This document shows, in pieces, positions 8,673-17,945 of a DNA stretch of 64,000 nucleotides. Numbering within the stretch: the stretch's first letter is position 1; the number at the start of each line of letters is the position of its first letter. The translations under genes were made by a program, and so were the position numbers. Source of the DNA: Marispirochaeta sp. (GTDB lineage Bacteria; Spirochaetota; Spirochaetia; JC444; Marispirochaetaceae). Where the stretch lies: positions 704,001 to 768,000 of the forward strand of contig CAXXFF010000001.1 of NCBI GenBank assembly GCA_963676835.2, in the 5' to 3' direction. The notes beneath the pieces are model-generated. The model was not told the origin of the DNA. It made no database searches and worked only from the letters and a program-made list of their open reading frames with translations.

Positions 8673-10487
8673 ATGGAAAACCAGACCATCCCCCGGAGGG
8701 TTAAACTCCTCCGGGACGATGTGGCTCGAAAAATTGCGGCCGGCGAGGTAATCGACCGGCCGTTTTCTGTTGTCAGGGAACTTCTGGACAATGCAGTTGA
8801 TGCCGGAGCCGCATCCATTCAGGTGGATCTCTCCAAAGGCGGCATCGGCCTGATCCGGGTAAGTGATGACGGCTGCGGAATGAGCGAAGAGGATCTCAAG
8901 CTCTGCTTTCTGCCTCACGCCACCAGTAAAATCGAAACCGTTGACGACCTCTACCATACAACCAGCCTGGGTTTCCGGGGAGAAGCCCTGGGGAGTATCG
9001 GTTCCTGCGCACGTCTGCGGATTACCAGCGGCACCGACGAGAATATACGGAGACTGGTAGTTGAAAACGGGGAGCTCTCATCCCTGGAACCCTGGCGGGG
9101 CCGTAAAGGGACCACAGTCGAGGTGGAGGATATTTTCTACAACCTCCCCGGCCGCAGACGCTTTTTAAAAAGCGCCCAGTCTGAAGGAACCCTGTGCAGA
9201 ACTACATTTTTAGAGAAGGCTGTGCCCTTTCCGGATATTCAGTTCCAGCTTCTCAATGAAGGCAGCCCCAAAATGACCCTGCCTCCGGGAGACAGAATCG
9301 CCCGGGTATGCGCAGCCTATCCTTCCATCTTTCCCCGGGGCACAACTGAATCATTTTCAGAAGAGGGAACGGGCTTCTCTTTTACCGTGGTGCATGCATC
9401 CCCGGCGGTCTACCGCCGGGACAGGCGCTATATACATGTATATCTGAACAAGCGCCGTATTCAGGAGTTTTCCCTGCTGCAGGCGGTGGAATACGGTTTT
9501 TCCACGGTCCTCCCCGGCGGCAGCTACCCGGTGGCCATGCTTTTTCTGGAAGTAGACCCGGAACAGGTGGATTTTAATATTCATCCTGCCAAAAGAGAGG
9601 CAAGGATCAGGATTTTAAAGGAGATTCATCATGCGGTATCCTCATCCATTCAGCAGCATGTGAGCCGTCCTGCGAGCATAAGCAGGGGAAGCACCAGGAG
9701 CTTCAGTCAGGCCCCCACCCTTGGCGATTTCTCAGGCTTTGCCTCGGAAAAAGAGGAGAGATCTGAAGAAATAAAGAAGGCCTTCAGAGCTTTTCCAAAA
9801 GAAACCAGCAATCCTGCATCTGTCGAATACCGCCGGTACAGACAGTCTGCAGAGCCGGTACTGCCCCGATCCCACAGGCCGCCGGATGCTGCTGAAAGAA
9901 TAGACAGCTGGAAAGTAATTCCCCATAGAGAGATGCCTGCCCCGAAACCGGGAAGCAGAATCACCTATATCGGTCAGGCCTTCGAACTTTTTCTTATATG
10001 CCAGGTAGAAGAAGAACTTTTTATGGTTGATCAGCATGCAGCCCACGAGCGCATCCTCTATGAAAGATTCTCAAAGCCGGACCCCAACCCACAGGGGCTT
10101 ATGGTTCCGCTTGAAATAGAAGCCCCGGGCAGTGAGGAATACAGCAGTGGCTTACTGGAAAAACTCAAGCCCCTTGGTTTCCGCGGCCATATGGAGGGTG
10201 AGAAAATCCTCATAGAGAGTATCCCCTCCTCCTACCGTGGGGTAGAAAAAGAACTTAGCGCTTTTATAGAAGGAGCTGCGGGATCTCTGGATAATCTTTT
10301 ACGGGATCTCTATGCGGATATGTCCTGCAAGGCAGCGGTAAAAGACGGAGAAACCCTGGACCGGGTCAGCGCGGAAAGTCTTCTGGAAGAGGTTTTCAAA
10401 CTGCCCGAGCCCCGCTGCCCCCACGGCCGACCGGTCTGGTACCGCTTAAGCCGTGAAGAACTCTTTGCCTTTGTAGGACGTACCTGA
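8673..10487 (+). CDS. mutL: DNA mismatch repair endonuclease MutL
   Basis: KIAAGEVIDRP, ELLDNAVDAGA, GFRGEALGSI, VDFNIHPAKRE, DQHAAHERILYE, SCKAAVK and CPHGRP motifs. Confidence 0.97.
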   Translation: MENQTIPRRVKLLRDDVARKIAAGEVIDRPFSVVRELLDNAVDAGAASIQVDLSKGGIGLIRVSDDGCGMSEEDLKLCFLPHATSKIETVDDLYHTTSLGFRGEALGSIGSCARLRITSGTDENIRRLVVENGELSSLEPWRGRKGTTVEVEDIFYNLPGRRRFLKSAQSEGTLCRTTFLEKAVPFPDIQFQLLNEGSPKMTLPPGDRIARVCAAYPSIFPRGTTESFSEEGTGFSFTVVHASPAVYRRDRRYIHVYLNKRRIQEFSLLQAVEYGFSTVLPGGSYPVAMLFLEVDPEQVDFNIHPAKREARIRILKEIHHAVSSSIQQHVSRPASISRGSTRSFSQAPTLGDFSGFASEKEERSEEIKKAFRAFPKETSNPASVEYRRYRQSAEPVLPRSHRPPDAAERIDSWKVIPHREMPAPKPGSRITYIGQAFELFLICQVEEELFMVDQHAAHERILYERFSKPDPNPQGLMVPLEIEAPGSEEYSSGLLEKLKPLGFRGHMEGEKILIESIPSSYRGVEKELSAFIEGAAGSLDNLLRDLYADMSCKAAVKDGETLDRVSAESLLEEVFKLPEPRCPHGRPVWYRLSREELFAFVGRT

Positions 10488-10490
10488 GGC

Positions 10491-12335
10491 TTAAAGCAGG
10501 GCCTCTATTTCGGCACGTTTGGGGTAATCCGGTTTTTTCTCCAGCAGTTTATTGAAGATAGACCGTGCTCCCTCTTTGTCTCCCTCGGAATAGAGCACCA
10601 TTCCAAGGCGGTAATATCCATCCCAGAAAGCAGGATCTATCTTGATCAGTTCCACCAGGGCATCCTTTGCCAGGGTGGTCTGGTCCGTTTCGATATAAGC
10701 GATGGCCAGGTTGTATCGGATAAGGGTTGCATTGGGTTTTACCGCCACGGCCTTTTTATAGTGCTTTACCGCATCGTTGTAGAGCTCCGCATGAAGATAT
10801 ACATTTCCCAGGTTGTTATTCACCTCAAGGGAGTTCGGCTCAATGTTATAGGCTGCCAGAAGATGGTCCAGTGCCTTCTCTTTCTCTCCCCGGGAATCGT
10901 AGAGTTTGCCAAGGTTTATCCGTGGTTTTACATAGTTGGGATCAAGGCGGATAGCCTTTTCGTAGGCCTGAACCGCATAATCAACATTACCCGTCAGTTC
11001 CGCAGCCTGTCCCAGGGTATAGACATACAGAGGATTATCCCCTTCAAGTTTTACCGCCTGTGCGGCTGACTCAAGGGCCGGCCCCGCCTGATTGAGCTTT
11101 ATTCGTGCCAGAGCGAGATTATAGAAAACATCCGCCCGGGTGGAATCCAAACCTGCAGCAACCTTGAAATAGGCCTCTGCATCACTGGATTTTCCCTGAT
11201 CAAAGAGGTTTATACCATGATACAGGTTGTAATTTACGTTTTCGGGATCCCTGGTCACAGCAATCTTGTAGTTTTCTTCCGCCTTTCCCAGATCGCCTTT
11301 GGCACGGTAGGCATTGGCCAGGGCAAAATAGGCTGAAACCAGATCCGGAGAATATTTAACCGTATTAGAGAAAGCCGTAACCGCCCCGGCAGGATTGTTC
11401 AGGCGGTTTTCCGTTAGCCCCAGGTTGAACCATGCCTTGGCGTAATCCCGTACCAGATACACAGCGCCTTCGAAAGACTGTTTTGCATCGCGGAACTGTC
11501 CTGCCCGGTACTGAACCTTTCCCAGTTCAAAAAGAACATCCGCATTCTCAGGATTCAGCCGGGAAGCTTCCTTGAAATGGCGGATAGCATCATCCCAGCG
11601 CCGGGTGTTGGCGTAGATATTACCCAGGGTATTGTGGGGAATCCAGAGATTGGGATCCTTCTGAATAGCCTTGTTGGCGTTGGTTACCGCTTCGTTAAGA
11701 GATGTCTGGCTTTCGGAATCTTCCCGGTAGAAGGCCTCCCCTTTCATGGCGTAGGCATAGGCAACATCGGGATCCAGCCCCAGGGCCTCATCAAAGAGAT
11801 CACGGGCCTCGGGATAGGACTCTTTTTCCATGGCAGCCACGCCCTGCTGAATCAGGCGGTTCACCTCTTCCTGCTTTTTCCGTTCAGCCTCGGTTCTTGC
11901 CGCCTCGTCTGCTTTCGGATCATACTGGGGGACGGCCTGGATCACCGGCTGGGGCACAGGCTGCTTGCTGCCGGTCTCCTTTATGGTATCACTCAAGGAG
12001 GAAAGGGATTCGGTGAGATCATCCTGCCTGGCCTTGTCCTGCTCCTGCTTATGGTTCTCTTCATCTTTTCGGGCCTGAATAACCGCATCCCGCAGGGCTC
12101 TTGCCTCCTGGTCATCGGGATTCTGCAGCAGCAGCTGGTCGATCAGATCCAGGGCTCGTTGAAACTCACCCTGTTCGTAGTATTCCGAGGCAAGCCGAAT
12201 GGTATTCCCCCGGATATCAGTGGCCTCGGTAGTTCCGGAATCACCGGATTTCCAGGGTGCCCAGACAGCAAGACCTCCAAGCAGAAGAATAAGTAAAACA
12301 GCCGCTGTGGCTGCAGCAATAATTTTCCGGTTCAT
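10491..12335 (-). CDS. membrane-anchored multi-TPR protein
   Basis: N-terminal hydrophobic anchor followed by many TPR repeats (NLG..Y, A...Y..A....P). RBS AAGGAG 9 nt before ATG 12335; TTG 12341 is an alternative start. Confidence 0.85.
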   Translation of the reverse strand: MNRKIIAAATAAVLLILLLGGLAVWAPWKSGDSGTTEATDIRGNTIRLASEYYEQGEFQRALDLIDQLLLQNPDDQEARALRDAVIQARKDEENHKQEQDKARQDDLTESLSSLSDTIKETGSKQPVPQPVIQAVPQYDPKADEAARTEAERKKQEEVNRLIQQGVAAMEKESYPEARDLFDEALGLDPDVAYAYAMKGEAFYREDSESQTSLNEAVTNANKAIQKDPNLWIPHNTLGNIYANTRRWDDAIRHFKEASRLNPENADVLFELGKVQYRAGQFRDAKQSFEGAVYLVRDYAKAWFNLGLTENRLNNPAGAVTAFSNTVKYSPDLVSAYFALANAYRAKGDLGKAEENYKIAVTRDPENVNYNLYHGINLFDQGKSSDAEAYFKVAAGLDSTRADVFYNLALARIKLNQAGPALESAAQAVKLEGDNPLYVYTLGQAAELTGNVDYAVQAYEKAIRLDPNYVKPRINLGKLYDSRGEKEKALDHLLAAYNIEPNSLEVNNNLGNVYLHAELYNDAVKHYKKAVAVKPNATLIRYNLAIAYIETDQTTLAKDALVELIKIDPAFWDGYYRLGMVLYSEGDKEGARSIFNKLLEKKPDYPKRAEIEALL

Positions 12336-12353
12336 AATCAAATACTCCTTGGT

Positions 12354-13076
12354 CTATTCCGCCAGTTCAATTTCTATATCAGGTTCAACAATACTCTCAG
12401 TACCGGCAGAGAGGGACTGAGTATCTTCGGTGACATCATCAAGTGAGCTCAGGACTGAATCAAGCAAAGCCTTCTGACGGGCCTCTTCCTCAAGCCTTCG
12501 GGCTTCGTCGGCAAGGGCCTTTTCCCGTTCAGCCTCAAGCAGCTGATTGAGTACCGCTATCATTTTACGTATTTCCGGCTCCTGCCTGGGCTCTGTTTCG
12601 AGGTTCAGATAGGTTGAATAATCCGTAACCGCTTTCTCGTACTGACGAAGCTCCACCCGGGAATTGGCCCTGTTAAGATAGACACCATAGTTGACAGGAT
12701 TCTCCTGAAGGGCCTTGTCATACTGCTCCAATGCATCTAAAAAACGCTCCATCTTGAAAAAGTTCCTGCCCATGGCATTATAAAAAAGGTCCTTATCCAG
12801 GGTGGCCACAGAAGCGCCCTTCTGATAAATTTCCACAGCTTTTTCCGGAGAGCCGAGCATTTCATACACATAGCCGAGGTTGCGGTAGATTCCCGGATCC
12901 TGCGGATTCTGTTCCAGGGCCGTTTTGTACAGCGGCAGAGCCTCCTCGGGCTTGTTGTACTGGAGAAGCTCGTCTGCCCGGGCCTTCGGTCCCTTCTGCT
13001 CCTGGGCGAAGAGGCCCATGGGAAGCACCACAGTAATAATTGTTACCAGAATAAGCAGATACCTGTTGATACGCAT
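12354..13076 (-). CDS. exported TPR protein
   Basis: The start at 13076 (MRINRYLLILVTII...LFA, signal peptide) avoids overlap with the divergent gene. About four TPRs and a coiled-coil tail. Confidence 0.8.
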   Translation of the reverse strand: MRINRYLLILVTIITVVLPMGLFAQEQKGPKARADELLQYNKPEEALPLYKTALEQNPQDPGIYRNLGYVYEMLGSPEKAVEIYQKGASVATLDKDLFYNAMGRNFFKMERFLDALEQYDKALQENPVNYGVYLNRANSRVELRQYEKAVTDYSTYLNLETEPRQEPEIRKMIAVLNQLLEAEREKALADEARRLEEEARQKALLDSVLSSLDDVTEDTQSLSAGTESIVEPDIEIELAE

Positions 13077-13088
13077 CACCCCTTTTGT

Positions 13089-13117
13089 TTGACATGTTGG
13101 CAAAAAGCGATTACTCT
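13089..13117 (+). promoter_or_regulatory. sigma70-type promoter candidate
   Basis: TTGACA-N17-TACTCT, followed by a GGAG RBS and ATG 13138. Confidence 0.5.
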
Positions 13118-13137
13118 TCTGATGTTGGAGCAACCAT

Positions 13138-14514
13138 ATGCCGGCGATAATAGTACTTATAGTAATTTTCGGAACAGCAATCGGCCTTATTACCATTTTT
13201 CTTCTCAAAACCATAATTGCGCCCAAACGGGTGGCGACTCTACAGGATTATTACCGGCAGGGTAAATACACAGCGGCTATTCGCATGGCCAAGCAAATTA
13301 TAGCAAAGGAGCCGCGCAATAGTGAAGCCCACTATATTCTCGGCCTGAGCTACATTAAAGATAATAAAACCGAGCTGGCCCTTATGGAGCTGAAAACCGT
13401 TAATCAGATCGGCCGCTTCGGCGGAGCCTGCCCGGAAGTGGATTTCCGCAAGAATATCGCCTCCCTTTACGCGAAATACGGGCAGGCAGAGGAAGCTCTG
13501 AAAGAGTACGTCCTGCTGATGAAGCAGGAACCCAATGAGCCGGACCACTACTACAATACAGCCATGCTCTTTGAAGAACGGAACAAGACAGACAGAGCCA
13601 TGGGATTCTACCGTAAAACCATAGAAGTAGCCCCGCGGCACTCCAATGCCCACTACAAACTGGGGACCCTCCTCTATCGCAATAAAAAACCGGTGGAAGC
13701 CAAGGTAGAGCTGGAAACCTCCATCAAACTTAAACCGGATAACTACACCGCCCACTTTTATCTCGGCCGGCTTCTGAAGGAGAGTCACGACTACGTCAAT
13801 GCACTCCACTCATTCGAGAAGGCCCAGAGAGACCCGGACATGAAGATTAAAGCCCTGGTTGAACGGGGCAGCTGCTACATGAGCATGAATAACTTCGACA
13901 AAGCCATAACCGAACTGGAACGGGGAGTAAAGCTCTCCCAGGATGACGGCAGCACAGAGAGCCTCTACGGACGTTATTTTCTGGCCCTCTGCTACGAAAA
14001 GCTCCGGGATATTGACATGGCTGTGGATCAGTGGGAGAAGATCTACGCGAAAAAGCCCCAGTTTAGAGATGTGGCGGAAAAGCTGAGTCAGTACCAGGAT
14101 CTGCGCACCAATGACCATATGAAAGACTACCTTACCGCATCTCCCCAGGAATTCCACGAAATTTGCCGGGCGGTCTGTTCAAAGATGAGCCTGAGAGTAC
14201 GGGACCTTAACGAAGTACCCAACGGCTGTGAAATTATTGCCGTTGACGACGATACCCGCTGGCGGAATACCAAGAAAATGCCGCGGCTGATTCACTTTTA
14301 CCGGGTTCCCGAAATGATTGCAGAGTCCACCGTACGGAGCTTCCATGAGCTTATGAAGAAGTATTCCGTACAGAGGGGAATCATGCTCTCCAGTTCAAAC
14401 TTCTCAAGAATTGCCATGGATTTTGTTGAATCCCGCCCCATCGACCTTATAGACAAGGATAAGCTTCAGGAACTTATGCAGGATATAGAACTTCCCGGGC
14501 TCCCGAAGCGCTAA
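13138..14514 (+). CDS. N-terminally anchored TPR protein with a C-terminal Mrr-like restriction-endonuclease-fold domain
   Basis: TM helix and TPR array. The C-terminal VRSFHELMKKYSVQRGIMLSSSNFSRIAMDFVESRPIDLIDKDKL matches the tail of the Mrr_cat domain. Confidence 0.8.
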   Translation: MPAIIVLIVIFGTAIGLITIFLLKTIIAPKRVATLQDYYRQGKYTAAIRMAKQIIAKEPRNSEAHYILGLSYIKDNKTELALMELKTVNQIGRFGGACPEVDFRKNIASLYAKYGQAEEALKEYVLLMKQEPNEPDHYYNTAMLFEERNKTDRAMGFYRKTIEVAPRHSNAHYKLGTLLYRNKKPVEAKVELETSIKLKPDNYTAHFYLGRLLKESHDYVNALHSFEKAQRDPDMKIKALVERGSCYMSMNNFDKAITELERGVKLSQDDGSTESLYGRYFLALCYEKLRDIDMAVDQWEKIYAKKPQFRDVAEKLSQYQDLRTNDHMKDYLTASPQEFHEICRAVCSKMSLRVRDLNEVPNGCEIIAVDDDTRWRNTKKMPRLIHFYRVPEMIAESTVRSFHELMKKYSVQRGIMLSSSNFSRIAMDFVESRPIDLIDKDKLQELMQDIELPGLPKR

Positions 14515-14524
14515 GCCTGCCGGA

Positions 14525-15190
14525 GTGAAAATACTCTGCGTTTCCGATCATATTGATCCCCTGGTATATTCCAACAGTATCAAAGAGCGTTTCGGCGATG
14601 TAAAGCTCGTTATTGGTGCAGGAGACCTCGACCTTGACTATTACGGGTTTATCGTCTCATCTTTGAATGTTCCACTCTGCTTTGTCTTCGGTAATCATAA
14701 CCTTAAAAAGATTCAGGATTACCGCAAAGAGTACAGGACAAATCCGGCCTGGGACTCACCCTACAGCCTGCCCCAGACCTACGGTTCCACCTATGTAGGA
14801 GGAAAGGTTGTAAAGGTAAAACACCTGCTTATTGCCGGTCTGGGGGGAAGCATGAAATATAATGCCGGGCCCAACCAGTTTTCCAATACAGGCATGATGC
14901 TCTATTCTCTGCGTATTCTTCCCAGGCTGCTGTTTAACCGCATAGTCTACGGACGCTTTCTTGACATTCTCGTTACCCATGCCCCGCCGGAGGGAATACA
15001 CGACAGGGATGATCCCTGTCACAGAGGATTCAGGTTCTTCAGAACATTTATCCGCCTGTTTAAACCGCGTTACCTGGTCCATGGACATGTTCACCTATAC
15101 GACCTCAACGCCTCCCGGGAAACCCTTGTAGACAGCACCCGGGTAGTAAACGCCTACGATCATCATGTTATAGAGATAGAGGATATATGA
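14525..15190 (+). CDS. calcineurin-like metallophosphoesterase
   Basis: VSDH, AGDL, VFGNH, THAPP and HGHVH motifs. Confidence 0.9.
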   Translation: MKILCVSDHIDPLVYSNSIKERFGDVKLVIGAGDLDLDYYGFIVSSLNVPLCFVFGNHNLKKIQDYRKEYRTNPAWDSPYSLPQTYGSTYVGGKVVKVKHLLIAGLGGSMKYNAGPNQFSNTGMMLYSLRILPRLLFNRIVYGRFLDILVTHAPPEGIHDRDDPCHRGFRFFRTFIRLFKPRYLVHGHVHLYDLNASRETLVDSTRVVNAYDHHVIEIEDI

Positions 15191-16104
15191 GTCATCTGGC
15201 AGAAGAAAAAGCGCGGGACGATTTTAATAAAGCCCGTGGCAGAGCCACAATTGGTAAGGTTCTTAACTACCTGACACCGGAAAAGCAGGACCTCCTCTCC
15301 CTTCAGGATGTAAGGAAGCTTCTGAAGCCCCGTTCCGAGTCTTATAAGGGAATGAAGGCTGTACCGGTAGACAGGATCATCGGATCCGAAGGCCGCTACA
15401 AGGATTTCAACAAGGCATTTCTGCCGAAATTTGAACACAGTCGGGGACGCTGGCAGAGCATAGATAAAGCACATATTACCGATGTAATCCTTCCGCCAAT
15501 CAAACTCTATGAAATCGGCGGAGTTTATTTTGTACGGGACGGAAATCACCGGGTTTCTGTTGCCCGCCATCAGGGAGTACATGCCATAGATGCGGAAGTA
15601 ACCCGCCTTGATACCTCAATAAAAATAGAGCCCCATATGACTATTGAAGGTTTAAAGAACTCGGTTATTCTCTACGAAAAACAGCGGGTATTTAAAAACT
15701 CCGAGCTCGGAAAGGTTATACATCCCCATGAGCTCTCATTTTCCGAACCCGGCAGATACTATGAGCTTTTACGGCACATACAGGGCCACAAGTACTTTCT
15801 CAACCTGGACACAAAAGAGGAGATATCATTCTTGGCTGCCGGGCAGTCCTGGTATAAAAACCTGTACAAACCGATTATTCACGTTATTAAATCCCGCCGC
15901 TTTCACAAGCGATTCAAGGGAAGAACCCCTTCGGATCTGTATATGTGGATCATCAAACACTGGCATGAACTGAAGGAAAAATACGGCAGTGAGTATCCCA
16001 TGGAAGCGGCGGCAAAGCATTTTGCAGAAACCTACGGTCAGACACCTTTCGAAAAGATTCTCGAAAAAGCCGCAAGAATATTCGGAGACCGCAGCCGCCG
16101 CTGA
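15187..16104 (+). CDS. ParB/Sulfiredoxin-like domain protein (DUF4032-associated type)
   Basis: IIGSEGRYKDF and PPIKLYEIGGVYFVRDGNHRVSVAR (DGxHR motif). ATGA overlap with the phosphoesterase gene. Confidence 0.8.
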   Translation: MSHLAEEKARDDFNKARGRATIGKVLNYLTPEKQDLLSLQDVRKLLKPRSESYKGMKAVPVDRIIGSEGRYKDFNKAFLPKFEHSRGRWQSIDKAHITDVILPPIKLYEIGGVYFVRDGNHRVSVARHQGVHAIDAEVTRLDTSIKIEPHMTIEGLKNSVILYEKQRVFKNSELGKVIHPHELSFSEPGRYYELLRHIQGHKYFLNLDTKEEISFLAAGQSWYKNLYKPIIHVIKSRRFHKRFKGRTPSDLYMWIIKHWHELKEKYGSEYPMEAAAKHFAETYGQTPFEKILEKAARIFGDRSRR

Positions 16105-16140
16105 AGGCGCAGACAGTCGAAAAAAGAGAGGCAAAAGAAA

Positions 16141-16806
16141 TTAATACGGTCCTGATCCGATATACCAGCCCCGGTCGGACTCGAATTCAAAGACATACCA
16201 CTGCAGTGTCCCGCTTCCGGCGGATTTCGTATAATTCGAAGTGTCAAATATCGATGAAGGGGTCTCAAACACAGCACTGATTTCCCCTTCGCTGTTAACG
16301 GCAACACATTGATAGGGACCACCGTTACCCCTGATACTCCCGGTATCTCCTGACAACTCAAGCTCGGGAACAATCCGAAGATTCGGCTGATATTCATTCT
16401 GATCAAACTCCGGCAGATCGATATAGATTGAATCCACCGCCTCTTCGCCGCCACGGTCAATCAGCTGAAGTTTATATGCTCCCCGGGGAATTCCTGCGGG
16501 AGCTGTAAGGGCGGTACTGCCTATCCAGGTTTCGTTGTTTGCCGACCGTTTGGTCCAGTTTTCTCCGCTCAGGTGCCAGAAAAGCCGGGAGTCGGTACTG
16601 CTGAGATAAAAATCCTCAATATCCTCCACTCCGTCGGGATCCTCGGTACGGGCAAAAAAAGAGAGATATTCGCGGTATACACCATCAGCGGTATTTTTTA
16701 TCTCCAGCAGACTCCACTCCATCCCGCTGATGCGGGGTGGCTTTCCCTGACAGGCTGACACTACAAGGAGCAGAGGCAGCAGAATAAACAGAACAGACTT
16801 TTTCAT
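16141..16806 (-). CDS. hypothetical lipoprotein
   Basis: MKK + hydrophobic stretch + lipobox VSAC. ATGA overlap with the upstream gene. Confidence 0.75.
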   Translation of the reverse strand: MKKSVLFILLPLLLVVSACQGKPPRISGMEWSLLEIKNTADGVYREYLSFFARTEDPDGVEDIEDFYLSSTDSRLFWHLSGENWTKRSANNETWIGSTALTAPAGIPRGAYKLQLIDRGGEEAVDSIYIDLPEFDQNEYQPNLRIVPELELSGDTGSIRGNGGPYQCVAVNSEGEISAVFETPSSIFDTSNYTKSAGSGTLQWYVFEFESDRGWYIGSGPY

Positions 16807-17945
16807 TGAAAGGTATCCCGGTACTGCAGCAGTGAAATAAGATAGCGTTTTTTTATCCCCGTATCCCTGGCAAGCTCTCCCAGAGTAACCTCAGGATTTT
16901 CCGTACGGATATCATCAACCCTGGCGGCAATATCTTCAAGCAGATCCACCGGCATAAATACCCCGGGCTCAATCTCAAGGGCAAGACCGGTACTGCAGAG
17001 AAGGGACAGACCCTTTCCCCGGGGAGAGTCGGCAATCTTTTCTATAAGGTAGACCTCATCGTGCATCTGCTTGAGCAGACCACGGTTCATAGGGGAAAGG
17101 GATGCGCTGTAATCCCAGCTGCTGTCCAGGAGCACCCCCTCCTGAAGAGTGAACCAGCCCCGGGTCTGCAGAGCATTTACTGCATCATCAGCAACATAGG
17201 GAGGAATGGACAACAGGGAATGAACCTTGCGGCGTTCCAGGCCTCCCTCCTTTCTGGCCCCCGGCTGAAGCTGCGTCTGTGCCCATTCAAGCCAGTCATC
17301 GAGAAAAATAACGTTTCCCTCCCGGGTAACTCTTTTCAGGCGCGCTGGGGCTGCACTTTTTGCGGGAATCCACCCCTGCAGAAGCATAAGAGCTTCTTCT
17401 TTTTCTTCTTCTGCACCGGCCACTGCCTCCGGATTCCACGGAAAAACGGTGAGAGGAGTGAATGTTCCGGTTCCGATACGCTGGGATGCTCCGGGCAGCA
17501 GAGCAACGGGCTGCAGAAGCTCGAGGCGCACCGGTAAAGCTGTTTTAATGGCTGACAGGTCGGATATTTCTGACGGGAGAAGACGGCATGGTATTTTCTG
17601 TTTGTGGAAAGTAAGCTCCCCGGAAAAAGGAAGCTTAAGGTTATCTGCAGTACCGAAAAATACCCTGGAGCAGATTTCCAGGCAGTCTGCTGGAATTATA
17701 GCGTCCCCCGCCTTAAGACTGCGGCGGCTCAATCCCCGGACAGGATATAACGGGCTGCCCTTTTCAAAATATGGCCGCCCGAGGCGAAAACTCGTGAGTG
17801 ACGGCAGATGAATCCACCGCCCGCGGGAATCTTCCGGAATAAATCCGGAGAGAGCAATCATCAGATCTCCACGATGAGACTTTTGCCCGGACTTGCCTTT
17901 TCCGGAAGACTTTTTTACTGATGTAATCCGTACAGGGCCGGTCAT
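16803..17945 (-). CDS. SelB-like protein lacking the GTPase domain
   Basis: C-terminal TLGELARDTGIKKRYLISLLQYRD resembles the last SelB winged helix (SRKYAIPLLEYLD). VRGLSRRSLKAGDAII resembles the end of EF domain II. No P-loop. Confidence 0.55.
   Translation of the reverse strand: MTGPVRITSVKKSSGKGKSGQKSHRGDLMIALSGFIPEDSRGRWIHLPSLTSFRLGRPYFEKGSPLYPVRGLSRRSLKAGDAIIPADCLEICSRVFFGTADNLKLPFSGELTFHKQKIPCRLLPSEISDLSAIKTALPVRLELLQPVALLPGASQRIGTGTFTPLTVFPWNPEAVAGAEEEKEEALMLLQGWIPAKSAAPARLKRVTREGNVIFLDDWLEWAQTQLQPGARKEGGLERRKVHSLLSIPPYVADDAVNALQTRGWFTLQEGVLLDSSWDYSASLSPMNRGLLKQMHDEVYLIEKIADSPRGKGLSLLCSTGLALEIEPGVFMPVDLLEDIAARVDDIRTENPEVTLGELARDTGIKKRYLISLLQYRDTFQ

Noticed and set aside
13138..16104. 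Calling the TPR-Mrr/phosphoesterase/ParB genes an anti-phage defence island
   Set aside because: The Mrr catalytic residues appear lost, composition looks like the rest of the window, and no mobility or other defence genes are nearby.
17942..17945. TGA read-through (selenocysteine) joining the acyltransferase to the SelB-like gene
   Set aside because: This is an ordinary ATGA overlap in different frames, and the upstream protein is not a GTPase domain.
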